A DNA stretch of 64,000 bases from an uncultured virus (IMG/VR IMGVR_UViG_3300025470_000020) (taxonomy: Duplodnaviria; Heunggongvirae; Uroviricota; Caudoviricetes): IMG/VR virus record IMGVR_UViG_3300025470_000020, one strand, 5' to 3'. The notes below the pieces were generated by a model. It saw only the letters and a list, made by a program, of their open reading frames with translations. It did no database searches and had not been told where the DNA came from. Shown in pieces: positions 18,631-26,715 of this stretch. Positions within the stretch are counted from its first letter, which is position 1, and the number at the start of each line of letters is the position of its first letter. Position numbers and translations under genes: made by a program.

Positions 18631-19004
18631 TTTTTATCTTTCTTTTGTTGTTTAAGAATTTCTTTAAGTTCTTTAGGTGATTCTAATCCTGTTGGGACAT
18701 AAGGAGAATCATAATTGTTTACATCACCTTTTTTTACAAAATCAGTTGGTTTCATACCTTCAAATGGTTTCCAATCAGATGCTAACCATTCTTTACAACC
18801 TTGTTCATACTTACTGAACAACTTTTCAAATCTTATTCGATATGATGTGCTCAAAGCATACAATGTTGTTATTGCTTGGTCTTCATTGATTTCACCATCA
18901 TGTAAATTATTGGCAAGCTCTTCAACTTCATCGACCAGATTCCAACATTTTAAAATGTTTTGTTCTAAATCATACATATCAAACGGTTCTTTACTTTTTG
19001 CCAT
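18627..19004 (-). CDS. conserved hypothetical protein
   Basis: DLEQNILKCW...Y..RFEKLF..YE. Confidence 0.7.
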   Translation of the reverse strand: MAKSKEPFDMYDLEQNILKCWNLVDEVEELANNLHDGEINEDQAITTLYALSTSYRIRFEKLFSKYEQGCKEWLASDWKPFEGMKPTDFVKKGDVNNYDSPYVPTGLESPKELKEILKQQKKDKK

Positions 19005-19290
19005 ACATTTTCTCCAATTCAATTAATCTTTTTGCTTTTGCATAGATGACAGGGTGTCGGTGATTAAGGTGTGCGCCTGTTGTACCAGACCAATCTCTAA
19101 ACTCCCAATCAAAGTAACCTATCTTCTTGCAATCTGGATTATCATTCTGTAATTTCTCTAACTCATTAGCCCAATCTTGCCATTGATGGTCTGATATTAC
19201 AGGAGAATCCAATTCATAATAAAGGCAGGAGTGAAGCAACATCTGTCCTCTCCTGCGTCTAATTAACTCTTTAATGCTATCGCTTGTCAT
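18991..19290 (-). CDS. stand-alone NAD-dependent DNA ligase N-terminal (Ia)-like domain (T4 nrdA.1-like)
   Basis: HSCLYYELDSPVISDHQW...EL..LQ resembles the LigA YY..D.P.ISD.EYD motif. Confidence 0.65.
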   Translation of the reverse strand: MTSDSIKELIRRRRGQMLLHSCLYYELDSPVISDHQWQDWANELEKLQNDNPDCKKIGYFDWEFRDWSGTTGAHLNHRHPVIYAKAKRLIELEKMYGKK

Positions 19291-19356
19291 TGAAATAATC
19301 ACAATCAATATAAGCTGCAATCAATAGCAATACGATAAAACCGATAAGGAAAAACA

Positions 19357-20514
19357 TTATAGAGTTTCCTCACCGATTACATCAGATTTTGGTGCTTCAG
19401 CATTCAATGGTGATTCTACTTTAGCATCAACTTTAGCATACAAGTCAAGGAAAGCATTTTTAGTTTCCTCATCAAAGCGGTTCACACATAATGTTATTGC
19501 TTTCATTCTATCGTTAAAGATTTCATAAGCCTTAGCGATATGAACCAATCTACGGGTTGAAATGATTTCGTCTGTAGCACCTTGGTCAAATGATTGGCGA
19601 ACCACATCTGCCCATTGGCATAGATTGTCCACAAATTCTGAATCTTTGATTAAAGGTGTTAAGATTTTCTTTTCTGTTTTAACATCAGGATATTCTTGTT
19701 CAACTGTAATTGGGAATCTTTCCAAGAAAGCGTCATCAAGAATTTGTGATAGATACTTACCTTCATCTGAACCACGACCTTTTGTATTAGCAGTAGCGAT
19801 GATAGTAAAGCCATCTTTAGGTAAAACTACTTCACCAGATTTTTTATTGTAATATGGTTTGCCTTCTAAAATGCCTTGTAAACACATAAGTTTATTTGAA
19901 CCACGGTCTACTTCGTCAATGAGTAATACAGCACCACGTTTCATAGCAGTCAAAACTGGACCGTCACGATTAACCACATTACCGTTTACTAAAGTAGGAC
20001 CGCCAAGTAAGTCTGATTCATCTGTTTCGATTGAGATATTAACACGGATACATTCACGGTTCAATTCAGCACATACTTGTTCAACCATTAATGTTTTACC
20101 GTTACCAGAAAGACCGGTAACAAATACAGGATAGAATAATTTTGAATTGATAATACCTTTTAAGTCTTTGAAAAAACCAAATGGTACATAATCTTTATAT
20201 ACCACAGGAATAGCTGGTTCAGATTCATCAATCAATTTAGGTTGTCTGAAAGCTACCACAGCCATATCAACTGTAGCAGGTTCTTGAAAGTTTGGTTGTG
20301 GTTCGGCAACTTGTTTCTTAACCACTTTTTCGCCTGATGATGGTAACTTATACTCACCACGACCAGTTCGATATTCTGATTTAGTTACCAACCAGTAAGG
20401 ATATGGCACATCTGCTTCATCTACCACTTTAGAAATCATATCACGGTCTAAAACGGCATTTGTACCAAATAAACTTTCTGCTGCCATAATAAATTGTTTT
20501 GCGTTTTTGTTCAT
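19357..20514 (-). CDS. cobS: MoxR/CbbQ-family AAA+ ATPase (phage CobS-like)
   Basis: Walker A GLSGNGKT, Walker B LLIDEVD, ATANTKGRG, LDDAFLERF, ISTRRLVHI. Confidence 0.9.
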   Translation of the reverse strand: MNKNAKQFIMAAESLFGTNAVLDRDMISKVVDEADVPYPYWLVTKSEYRTGRGEYKLPSSGEKVVKKQVAEPQPNFQEPATVDMAVVAFRQPKLIDESEPAIPVVYKDYVPFGFFKDLKGIINSKLFYPVFVTGLSGNGKTLMVEQVCAELNRECIRVNISIETDESDLLGGPTLVNGNVVNRDGPVLTAMKRGAVLLIDEVDRGSNKLMCLQGILEGKPYYNKKSGEVVLPKDGFTIIATANTKGRGSDEGKYLSQILDDAFLERFPITVEQEYPDVKTEKKILTPLIKDSEFVDNLCQWADVVRQSFDQGATDEIISTRRLVHIAKAYEIFNDRMKAITLCVNRFDEETKNAFLDLYAKVDAKVESPLNAEAPKSDVIGEETL

Positions 20515-20549
20515 AATGTTATTTGCCTCTCATATTTAATTGTGAGACC

Positions 20550-20577
20550 ATTATAACACAACTGGAGAAAAAATCAA
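20550..20577 (-). promoter_or_regulatory. early-type promoter TTGATT-N16-TATAAT
   Basis: Upstream of cobS; followed by GGTCTCA. Confidence 0.7.
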
Positions 20578-20586
20578 TACCAAATG

Positions 20587-20823
20587 CTAATATGTACCAT
20601 CATTATAATAATCACTACCATCTGGTATTAATGCTCGAATGGTAAACCAATATCGTAGGTAATTGGTAAGTAATTTTGAATAGATAAAGTCCTCTCGAAT
20701 GATATCGTAGGATTCTTTAAACATTAGACCTTCGTAGGATTGGTCAAACGGGTCTGGTGGGTATCTAAAGTTCTCGCCTGCGTAGGCAACAAAAACTTCT
20801 TCAAGTAATTCTGGTGAAATCAT
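20587..20823 (-). CDS. hypothetical protein
   Basis: ORF track. Confidence 0.6.
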   Translation of the reverse strand: MISPELLEEVFVAYAGENFRYPPDPFDQSYEGLMFKESYDIIREDFIYSKLLTNYLRYWFTIRALIPDGSDYYNDGTY

Positions 20824-21018
20824 AATATCTCTACATCAATAATTTGTTTTGCTAACTTAACTGGTCTGTCTTCAAATGACATAACCGATTCTGCCTCTGC
20901 TCTACTGTAATACGGACCATCATGATATACAGGTTTGCCATTTTGTTCTGTCATGATATAATACACATTCATTTTTTCAGGTCTTGCCATATTAGCCATA
21001 GTTTTTTCCTTTTCTTTT

Positions 21019-21204
21019 TTATTTAGCGTATTTTTTATAGTGGTCTAATACCTTTTCTAAAGCTGGCACTATTTCAGCGTCTGCTAAAACTGGATGGTCA
21101 AAGTCTTCAATACCATTTAACACAGCATGCTTGTATTGTAGAATACTTTCTTTTTCGTATGCTAATGAATCAATAATGATTTGTTTTAATTCTGGTTTAC
21201 TCAT
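21019..21204 (-). CDS. hypothetical protein
   Basis: ORF track. Confidence 0.6.
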   Translation of the reverse strand: MSKPELKQIIIDSLAYEKESILQYKHAVLNGIEDFDHPVLADAEIVPALEKVLDHYKKYAK

Positions 21205-21367
21205 TTATCCATTTCTCCGCTTCTTCTTCTGCATCTACTTGTTTATAGAATAATTCACTTCTTTGAAATTCTTCTTTGATATAATACATTACTTCAATCT
21301 CGCCTCCGTATTTTGTTACATTGGCAGTTTTTATTCCCTTACTGAATGTTTTAAGTATCATATTTTT

Positions 21368-21553
21368 TTAATAACTTCCTGTAAAATGTTCATTCAACAT
21401 CATGTCTTGTAGTTTTTCAAACGATTGCATATAGATGCCGTTATTAACAACTAAACCACCTAATGGCACATAACCATCTTCCAACTTTTGTGAACATTCG
21501 TTTTGAAAATCTTCTAATTGTTCATTCTTTACTACGATATAACGGTTACTCAT
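21368..21553 (-). CDS. DUF1737-like small protein
   Basis: Y..V.......F......L.DGY.P.GG......YMQ pattern; RBS AAGGAG. Confidence 0.6.
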   Translation of the reverse strand: MSNRYIVVKNEQLEDFQNECSQKLEDGYVPLGGLVVNNGIYMQSFEKLQDMMLNEHFTGSY

Positions 21554-21566
21554 ATTTTCTCCTTAA

Positions 21567-22211
21567 TTAATCCCATAATGCTGTATAATATTTACCAAAC
21601 AATCTTAAACCATTTTGAATACGAGCCCAATGTTTATCGTGGCCTTTTTTATCAAATTTAAGTGTATGCTTAGGACCTTTTTTCAATTTAGCACCACCAT
21701 CAGGCAAATCAATCCATATATGGTCAATATTACCTGACCAAAATTTGTCAGCCCAATCTTCTTTGTTTAATTCGGTGAAAGCCCAAATCATTTCAGATAA
21801 AACATAATCCCAACGCTTAAACCAATTACCATCGCCAGCTTCAGCCAAGATATTCTTTTTAGCCTTTTGTGCGGACTTCGTTGTGCTTCGTAAGTTTGAT
21901 GGCACATCAACATCATCAATATGAGGCGCACCGTGTTTCGTTTTCTTTAACTGAATAAGCATAGGCAGAATGATATGGGTCAAAGTATTATCCATTGACC
22001 ATGTATCCCATGGATCAATCTTGACATATCGAATATCACGGTTGATAAAGTTTCTAACAGCAAAAAGGGCATTACAGAATGGTTCTAATACATCATGCCA
22101 AAATTTTACCATTGGTTCTTTGTATTCAATCTCTCGCCAGAAGATTATCTTCTCAACGATAGTGTAAGGTGATAACCAATTGTCTTTTGGTCGATTTTGG
22201 TATATAAACAT
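21567..22211 (-). CDS. conserved hypothetical protein
   Basis: DPWDTWSMD.TL..II.PML.QL....HGAP...GLRLFGKYY..LWD. Confidence 0.75.
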   Translation of the reverse strand: MFIYQNRPKDNWLSPYTIVEKIIFWREIEYKEPMVKFWHDVLEPFCNALFAVRNFINRDIRYVKIDPWDTWSMDNTLTHIILPMLIQLKKTKHGAPHIDDVDVPSNLRSTTKSAQKAKKNILAEAGDGNWFKRWDYVLSEMIWAFTELNKEDWADKFWSGNIDHIWIDLPDGGAKLKKGPKHTLKFDKKGHDKHWARIQNGLRLFGKYYTALWD

Positions 22212-22341
22212 TTATTTTTTCTCCTTACAATTATCAAAGTATATCCAAGGATAATTGGCAGCAAAAGTTACATCTATGCCTAATTTATTAAGTCTATTTG
22301 TAAATGCTTTTATTTGATAATCATTCATTTGTTTTTCTTAA

Positions 22342-23115
22342 TTATACTTCTATATATTTCAATTTAAATAGGTCATGTTGATATTCTTTTGGATAAGCTC
22401 TTGGGTTACAAATCACTCTTGTTTCACTAATTGTATAATCGAAAGGATCGTGAGTGTGCCCATGAACCCATAACTTAACATCTTTAAATAAGTTCATAAG
22501 ATAATCCAGATTACTATGAAAACCACCGTTCATTATGCTGTCATTTTCATATCGTGGGTGAACAGAATTACGGCTAGGTGAATGGTGTGTTATAACAACT
22601 TTTTTACCTGATAAACTTTCAAGCATTGTTGCAATAAAATCTATACTCTTATTATGTTCTTTAACTGATTGTTCAGGTGAATACTTAATATAATTTTCAC
22701 CATCAAAGTATTTAATAATTCTCCAATCAGGCATTGAAGGCTTAATTAATTCCATTGTATACTTATCAGAATTATTCATATTAGTCCACATGGTTGAACC
22801 AATAAAATTAATATCACCAATTTTGGCCGCTTGATTATTAAGAACACGAATATTATCCAAGTGTTTTAACTTATCTGTGATATCTTTTACCGTGTCATTG
22901 TATAGATAATTATAATGCTCGTGATTACCAACCACATATACAATATCTCTAAACTTTTTTGATATATCTTCAAAAAAATCTATTTTAAAATGCTTTGCTG
23001 AACATATATCGCCAGCTAAAATCAATACATCAGCATTCTCATCATTATTTAATGTGAGGTCTCTATGTTCTAAATGTAAATCACTTGCAATCGCTAACTT
23101 CACAATGTTTTCCAA
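22342..23115 (-). CDS. calcineurin-like metallophosphoesterase
   Basis: SDLHLE, LAGD, GNHE, THHSP and HGHTH motifs. Confidence 0.9.
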   Translation of the reverse strand: MENIVKLAIASDLHLEHRDLTLNNDENADVLILAGDICSAKHFKIDFFEDISKKFRDIVYVVGNHEHYNYLYNDTVKDITDKLKHLDNIRVLNNQAAKIGDINFIGSTMWTNMNNSDKYTMELIKPSMPDWRIIKYFDGENYIKYSPEQSVKEHNKSIDFIATMLESLSGKKVVITHHSPSRNSVHPRYENDSIMNGGFHSNLDYLMNLFKDVKLWVHGHTHDPFDYTISETRVICNPRAYPKEYQHDLFKLKYIEV

Positions 23116-23140
23116 TTCTATTATTAGCCAATAAGATATC

Positions 23141-23272
23141 GGGCAGTATTTAGCCGCCCTCCTGCCAAGTATCGCAGAGATTGCTTACCAAACTCGGTAG
23201 TCCAATTGGCTCGTTACGGTCGATTAACTCGATCCAGTCTGCTCTGGTTACAGGCCTTAACCTACCTGTAAT
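23141..23272 (-). ncRNA. candidate structured RNA (unassigned)
   Basis: GC-rich ORF-free intergenic segment with several nested stems (TTACAGG/CCTGTAA, CAGAG/CTCTG, TACC/GGTA, GGGCGG/CTGCCC). Confidence 0.4.
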
Positions 23273-23276
23273 TAGG

Positions 23277-23471
23277 TTATTTTTTGATTGTATAGTTTTT
23301 AAATATACTGATTAGAATTGATACTGCTAACCAATTTCGCCATGTATAATCAATATACAAGGCAGGAAAGATTGTATCCCATGCCCATATAACAACCAAT
23401 GACCAACATAAGCATAATACTACTAATACTACTGCTGCTGTTATTGCCAATGCCCATTCTATATCTTTCAT
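23277..23471 (-). CDS. hypothetical membrane protein
   Basis: Two hydrophobic segments. Confidence 0.65.
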   Translation of the reverse strand: MKDIEWALAITAAVVLVVLCLCWSLVVIWAWDTIFPALYIDYTWRNWLAVSILISIFKNYTIKK

Positions 23472-24007
23472 TATTGATCCTCCGCCATCATTTCTTTCCA
23501 ATCCTCAGCTATTTGTTCTAGATTGAAATCTTCAACCAGATGCTGAGGTATATTACTCAAGTCCTCATAATCAAGTTCATACGATGCGTCCTGACCGTCA
23601 TAGTATTCACCGACAAATGACATACCTTCTTCAATGTATGTAGCAGAAACATCCCAGCCATGTTCAAACATCCAATGATATAAGTTCGTTGGTGGTGCCC
23701 ATGCCGTTTCACAACTAAAGGTTATGGTGTCACCTTCTCTACGCCAATTATTAGCATCGGCATTCCATTTTGTTCCCCAATTACTGACTGACCAGCTATA
23801 CCAATCAGGTGCACCATACTTCTCTTGCATCTCAGCGGCTAATGCCTCATTACGGTTAGGTGATTCTACATCAACCAATTCTTGTGGGCATGGCATAAAG
23901 AAATCAAACCAATTCTTGCCTTCACCATTCTTTAGAAAAGTTTCTAACCTGTCCATCTTTTCAGGTGTTGCTGTAATGCTAACACTATTTGAGCACCAAT
24001 TTGGCAT
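23471..24007 (-). CDS. YubB/Api92-like ferredoxin-fold (DUF1281-type) protein
   Basis: MPNWCSN...WYSW...NWGTKW...TAWAPP...Y.EEG..F.G. Confidence 0.8.
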   Translation of the reverse strand: MPNWCSNSVSITATPEKMDRLETFLKNGEGKNWFDFFMPCPQELVDVESPNRNEALAAEMQEKYGAPDWYSWSVSNWGTKWNADANNWRREGDTITFSCETAWAPPTNLYHWMFEHGWDVSATYIEEGMSFVGEYYDGQDASYELDYEDLSNIPQHLVEDFNLEQIAEDWKEMMAEDQ

Positions 24008-24008
24008 C

Positions 24009-24413
24009 TTAATTGCCCTCCACTAATTTATAAGGTTTCTTCCAATCGCCGATATTCACATCAACATAATAGGCAGTATTAAAATAATCTATTTGAGCAT
24101 TACTTTCATCATACCAATCAGCTGACTTCATCGCTTTGAATACGGTCTCTAAAAATTCTTTCGCCTTGCCAGAAAAGTGCTGATGATACCAATAAGGGTT
24201 CACATCAACATAACCAGCATCCAAATGAAAGCGATAATCGTTGCCTGTATTTGCTTTAATGTTAGATAGAAAGTCAATCGAGCCTTCTTTAATTGATAGT
24301 TTAATCGTGCTATGGTTTCTAACCGATAATGAACCTTTGATGCCATACTTCTTGAGTATAGGTTTCAAGTTCTCTGCAATTACTTTCTTTTTAGATTGAT
24401 TCATGTAAGCCAT
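24009..24413 (-). CDS. conserved hypothetical phage early protein
   Basis: MAYMNQ..K..I...LK..LKKYG.KGSLSV...D.S..Q.DYF..AYY..VNIG.W.KPY. Confidence 0.75.
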   Translation of the reverse strand: MAYMNQSKKKVIAENLKPILKKYGIKGSLSVRNHSTIKLSIKEGSIDFLSNIKANTGNDYRFHLDAGYVDVNPYWYHQHFSGKAKEFLETVFKAMKSADWYDESNAQIDYFNTAYYVDVNIGDWKKPYKLVEGN

Positions 24414-24434
24414 TTTACTTCTCCCGTTTAGTTT

Positions 24435-24502
24435 ATTTTTAAAGCACACTCGGCATTAAGCCTTTGCTACCAAGAAATTGGATTGGAATGTGCTTTAAAA
24501 AT
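24435..24502. repeat. 14-bp perfect inverted repeat
   Basis: ATTTTTAAAGCACA (24435-24448) and TGTGCTTTAAAAAT (24489-24502). Confidence 0.85.
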
Positions 24503-24530
24503 GGCAGTTTCTTTAATGACTGAGCTGCCA
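24497..24530 (-). terminator. putative Rho-independent terminator
   Basis: Minus strand TGGCAG...CTGCCA followed by TTTTT, downstream of the 24543-24917 ORF. Confidence 0.55.
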
Positions 24531-24542
24531 AAAGTCTTAACA

Positions 24543-24917
24543 TTAAGCAGCGAGAGCTACTTTTTTGTCTTGTGCTACTGGTTTTACCTTAGCAGGTTCA
24601 GCAGCCTTTACCTCAACCTTAGCGGTTGTTGTAACCTTAGCTTTAACTTGCTTGTAACGACCGTTAGCATCAAAAGCATCTGGATTAACCAATTGATAAC
24701 CAGTCACCTTACGACCATCTTTTACAACCTTAACAATGCCACCGTCACGGCGAATATTGTAAATATTGGTTGATAAGCGATATAACACCGCTTCTTGGTC
24801 TGTGCCTTTGAATACTGCTTTGATTTCGTCAGGCGATACTACTTTGCCAGATAAAAGCACTTGCGTGATTTTCTCGTGGCGATTAGTTTTGCCTTTTCTG
24901 ATTTTTAATGTTGCCAT
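24543..24917 (-). CDS. basic winged-HTH-like DNA-binding protein
   Basis: Lys/Arg-rich; YRLSTNIYNIRRDGG.V....DGRKVTGYQL; Ala/Lys-rich tail. Confidence 0.6.
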   Translation of the reverse strand: MATLKIRKGKTNRHEKITQVLLSGKVVSPDEIKAVFKGTDQEAVLYRLSTNIYNIRRDGGIVKVVKDGRKVTGYQLVNPDAFDANGRYKQVKAKVTTTAKVEVKAAEPAKVKPVAQDKKVALAA

Positions 24918-24968
24918 AATATAATACTCCTCAAAATTAATAATAAACTACTCATACTACAATGTACC

Positions 24969-24996
24969 ATTATACACTTTCCACTATAAAAGTCAA
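24969..24996 (-). promoter_or_regulatory. early promoter family TTGACT-N16-TATAAT
   Basis: Minus strand ATGCTTGACTTTT...TATAATGG. Confidence 0.85.
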
Positions 24997-25012
24997 GCAT
25001 TATTTTGGTACT

Positions 25013-25243
25013 TTACCTCATGTATACCGAAAATCTATCGGCAAACATTCTTACGCAATCTTGGTACCTTTGGTTAGGCGACCTTCGATCCAACGGGTTA
25101 GTTCTGCTACCTCTGAACCTCACCCGAATTTTTTTACCTTGAGATTTGAAATAAGCCCTTACCTCATCCAATCGGCGTATTGGTATATTCTTATAACGGG
25201 CTTCTTCACCTTCTACTCTAAATGGTTTTAAGTTCATATTCAC
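25013..25243 (-). CDS. hypothetical basic protein
   Basis: ORF track; RBS GGAG. Confidence 0.7.
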   Translation of the reverse strand: MNMNLKPFRVEGEEARYKNIPIRRLDEVRAYFKSQGKKIRVRFRGSRTNPLDRRSPNQRYQDCVRMFADRFSVYMR

Positions 25244-25245
25244 TC

Positions 25246-25491
25246 CTATGGTCTATAATAAGAATTAGTCCAATTGCCTTCGGGTTCTTCCTCGTAAGCA
25301 AGCGCCTGTATAATATCGTCAAGCACTTCCAACTTGTCCATTGGCATTCTATCACCGTTTAAAAATATCTCACTTCTAACCAGTTCTAAAATAGTCTTTA
25401 CCTCAACCTCGGTTAGTTCTATCTTACGAAGCGAACCGTCATCCAAGTTTCTGGTCTCACCAGTTCTAGTATTCAATGAAAACGCTACCAT
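25246..25491 (-). CDS. hypothetical protein
   Basis: RBS GGAGGT; its own promoter. Confidence 0.75.
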   Translation of the reverse strand: MVAFSLNTRTGETRNLDDGSLRKIELTEVEVKTILELVRSEIFLNGDRMPMDKLEVLDDIIQALAYEEEPEGNWTNSYYRP

Positions 25492-25518
25492 ACTTACCTC
25501 CCTAATTTCAATACAACC

Positions 25519-25546
25519 ATTATATCACATCCATACCAAAAGTCAA
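25519..25546 (-). promoter_or_regulatory. early promoter family TTGACT-N16-TATAAT
   Basis: Read directly. Confidence 0.85.
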
Positions 25547-25558
25547 GCATTATTTAGC

Positions 25559-25945
25559 CTATTCGGTATCGATCCATACTCTACCAAAAATCAATTCGCC
25601 ACCGTTCTTTTTAATAACATAGAAGTCATTAGGAAAATCAATGATATTGCCTAAGTCCTCACGGATTTCGTCCTGATTGATATCCTCAACCTTGATACAA
25701 CCGATTGAACCAGAATCCACAGCATATTCACGACCTTCTTGGTCATTGTAAACACCATCACCATAAGCTGTACCAAAGATAGCAAACTTACGACCATCTT
25801 TTAATGAAAATACACCTTCGCCTGGGTCACCATTGGTTGGATCGAACATTATATTACATGCTTCGTCCCATTCATTGTGCATAACATAGCATAGGTCTCC
25901 CACATAATACTTACCTGCCGGCATCTTATCAACTATCATAATCAA
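25559..25945 (-). CDS. conserved hypothetical protein
   Basis: MPAGKYYVGDLCYV...TAYGDG.Y....VDSG.IG.I. Confidence 0.8.
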   Translation of the reverse strand: MIMIVDKMPAGKYYVGDLCYVMHNEWDEACNIMFDPTNGDPGEGVFSLKDGRKFAIFGTAYGDGVYNDQEGREYAVDSGSIGCIKVEDINQDEIREDLGNIIDFPNDFYVIKKNGGELIFGRVWIDTE

Positions 25946-26108
25946 ATAACCTTCCTATCTTATTAACGATATCCTCATTATAATAATCTGGATCAATGTT
26001 CCGTATAGCATAAAACATATACTCCAACTCATCATAATCCAATTGAACCGTTACCTCTGGTGCATCAGTAGATAACCTCTTTACCTCAAAAATAGTCTTA
26101 CCAGTCAT
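25929..26108 (-). CDS. hypothetical protein (59 aa)
   Basis: Manually read MTGKTIFEVKRLSTDAPEVTVQLDYDELEYM...; RBS GAGGT. Confidence 0.65.
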   Translation of the reverse strand: MTGKTIFEVKRLSTDAPEVTVQLDYDELEYMFYAIRNIDPDYYNEDIVNKIGRLFDYDS

Positions 26109-26140
26109 ATTACTTTACCTCACTTATTATTAATGTTACC

Positions 26141-26168
26141 ATTATATCATATTTGGATAGAATGTCAA
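26141..26168 (-). promoter_or_regulatory. early promoter family TTGACA-N16-TATAAT
   Basis: Read directly. Confidence 0.85.
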
Positions 26169-26186
26169 GCATTATTTGGATACTTT

Positions 26187-26283
26187 TACCTCATTAAAAC
26201 CTGTATAGTACCTCAATAGTCTTACCTCAAGTACCTCAATGATACCTCACGGACTTAGCGAGGCGCCTGCGTGTAATACCTCG
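26187..26283. repeat. cluster of TACCTC(A) direct repeats
   Basis: Copies at 26187, 26209, 26223, 26232, 26243 and 26277 in non-coding DNA. Confidence 0.85.
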
Positions 26284-26385
26284 CCATGGCCTTCGCTGGC
26301 CAGTGCTCCTGTATTGGTGTTAGTTTCTCAGCACGATACCGAAAGTTCCAGAGGTATCCTGAGGAACTTCCGAGCACCTCTGATA

Positions 26386-26532
26386 TTATTTTGTGATAGC
26401 CTTTACATATTCCTTGAAGCCTGCTACTGCTGACTTCTTATCACAAAAATAGAAGCGCATGGATACCAATTGATTATTAATGATATCGGACACCTCTATA
26501 ACACCCGTATTTGGGTTCCGTGTTATAGTCAT
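26386..26532 (-). CDS. hypothetical protein (48 aa)
   Basis: MTITRNPNTGVIEVSDIINNQLVSMRFYF...; RBS TAAGGAG and its own promoter. Confidence 0.75.
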   Translation of the reverse strand: MTITRNPNTGVIEVSDIINNQLVSMRFYFCDKKSAVAGFKEYVKAITK

Positions 26533-26558
26533 TCTTATCTCCTTATTATTAAACTGCT

Positions 26559-26586
26559 ATTATACATGAAATGGCAAAAATGTCAA
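26559..26586 (-). promoter_or_regulatory. early promoter family TTGACA-N16-TATAAT
   Basis: Read directly. Confidence 0.85.
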
Positions 26587-26656
26587 GCACTTTCGAGCGG
26601 ACTATACTATAAGAATAGCACGCAACCTCTGCTCTCCTCTCCAACCGGTAAATACC

Positions 26657-26684
26657 ATTATACACGATCCAATAAAAAAGTCAA
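26657..26684 (-). promoter_or_regulatory. early promoter family TTGACT-N16-TATAAT
   Basis: Read directly; no ORF before the next promoter. Confidence 0.8.
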
Positions 26685-26715
26685 GCACTTTTTGGGGTGC
26701 CTGACTTCTATTTGA

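Noticed and set aside
23141..23272. tRNA gene
   Set aside because: No TTCGAA T-loop or cloverleaf and no CCA end; kept only as an unassigned structured RNA.
26187..26249. UGAGGUA equals the let-7 microRNA 5' sequence
   Set aside because: A 7-nt coincidence in a bacteriophage, with no further match.
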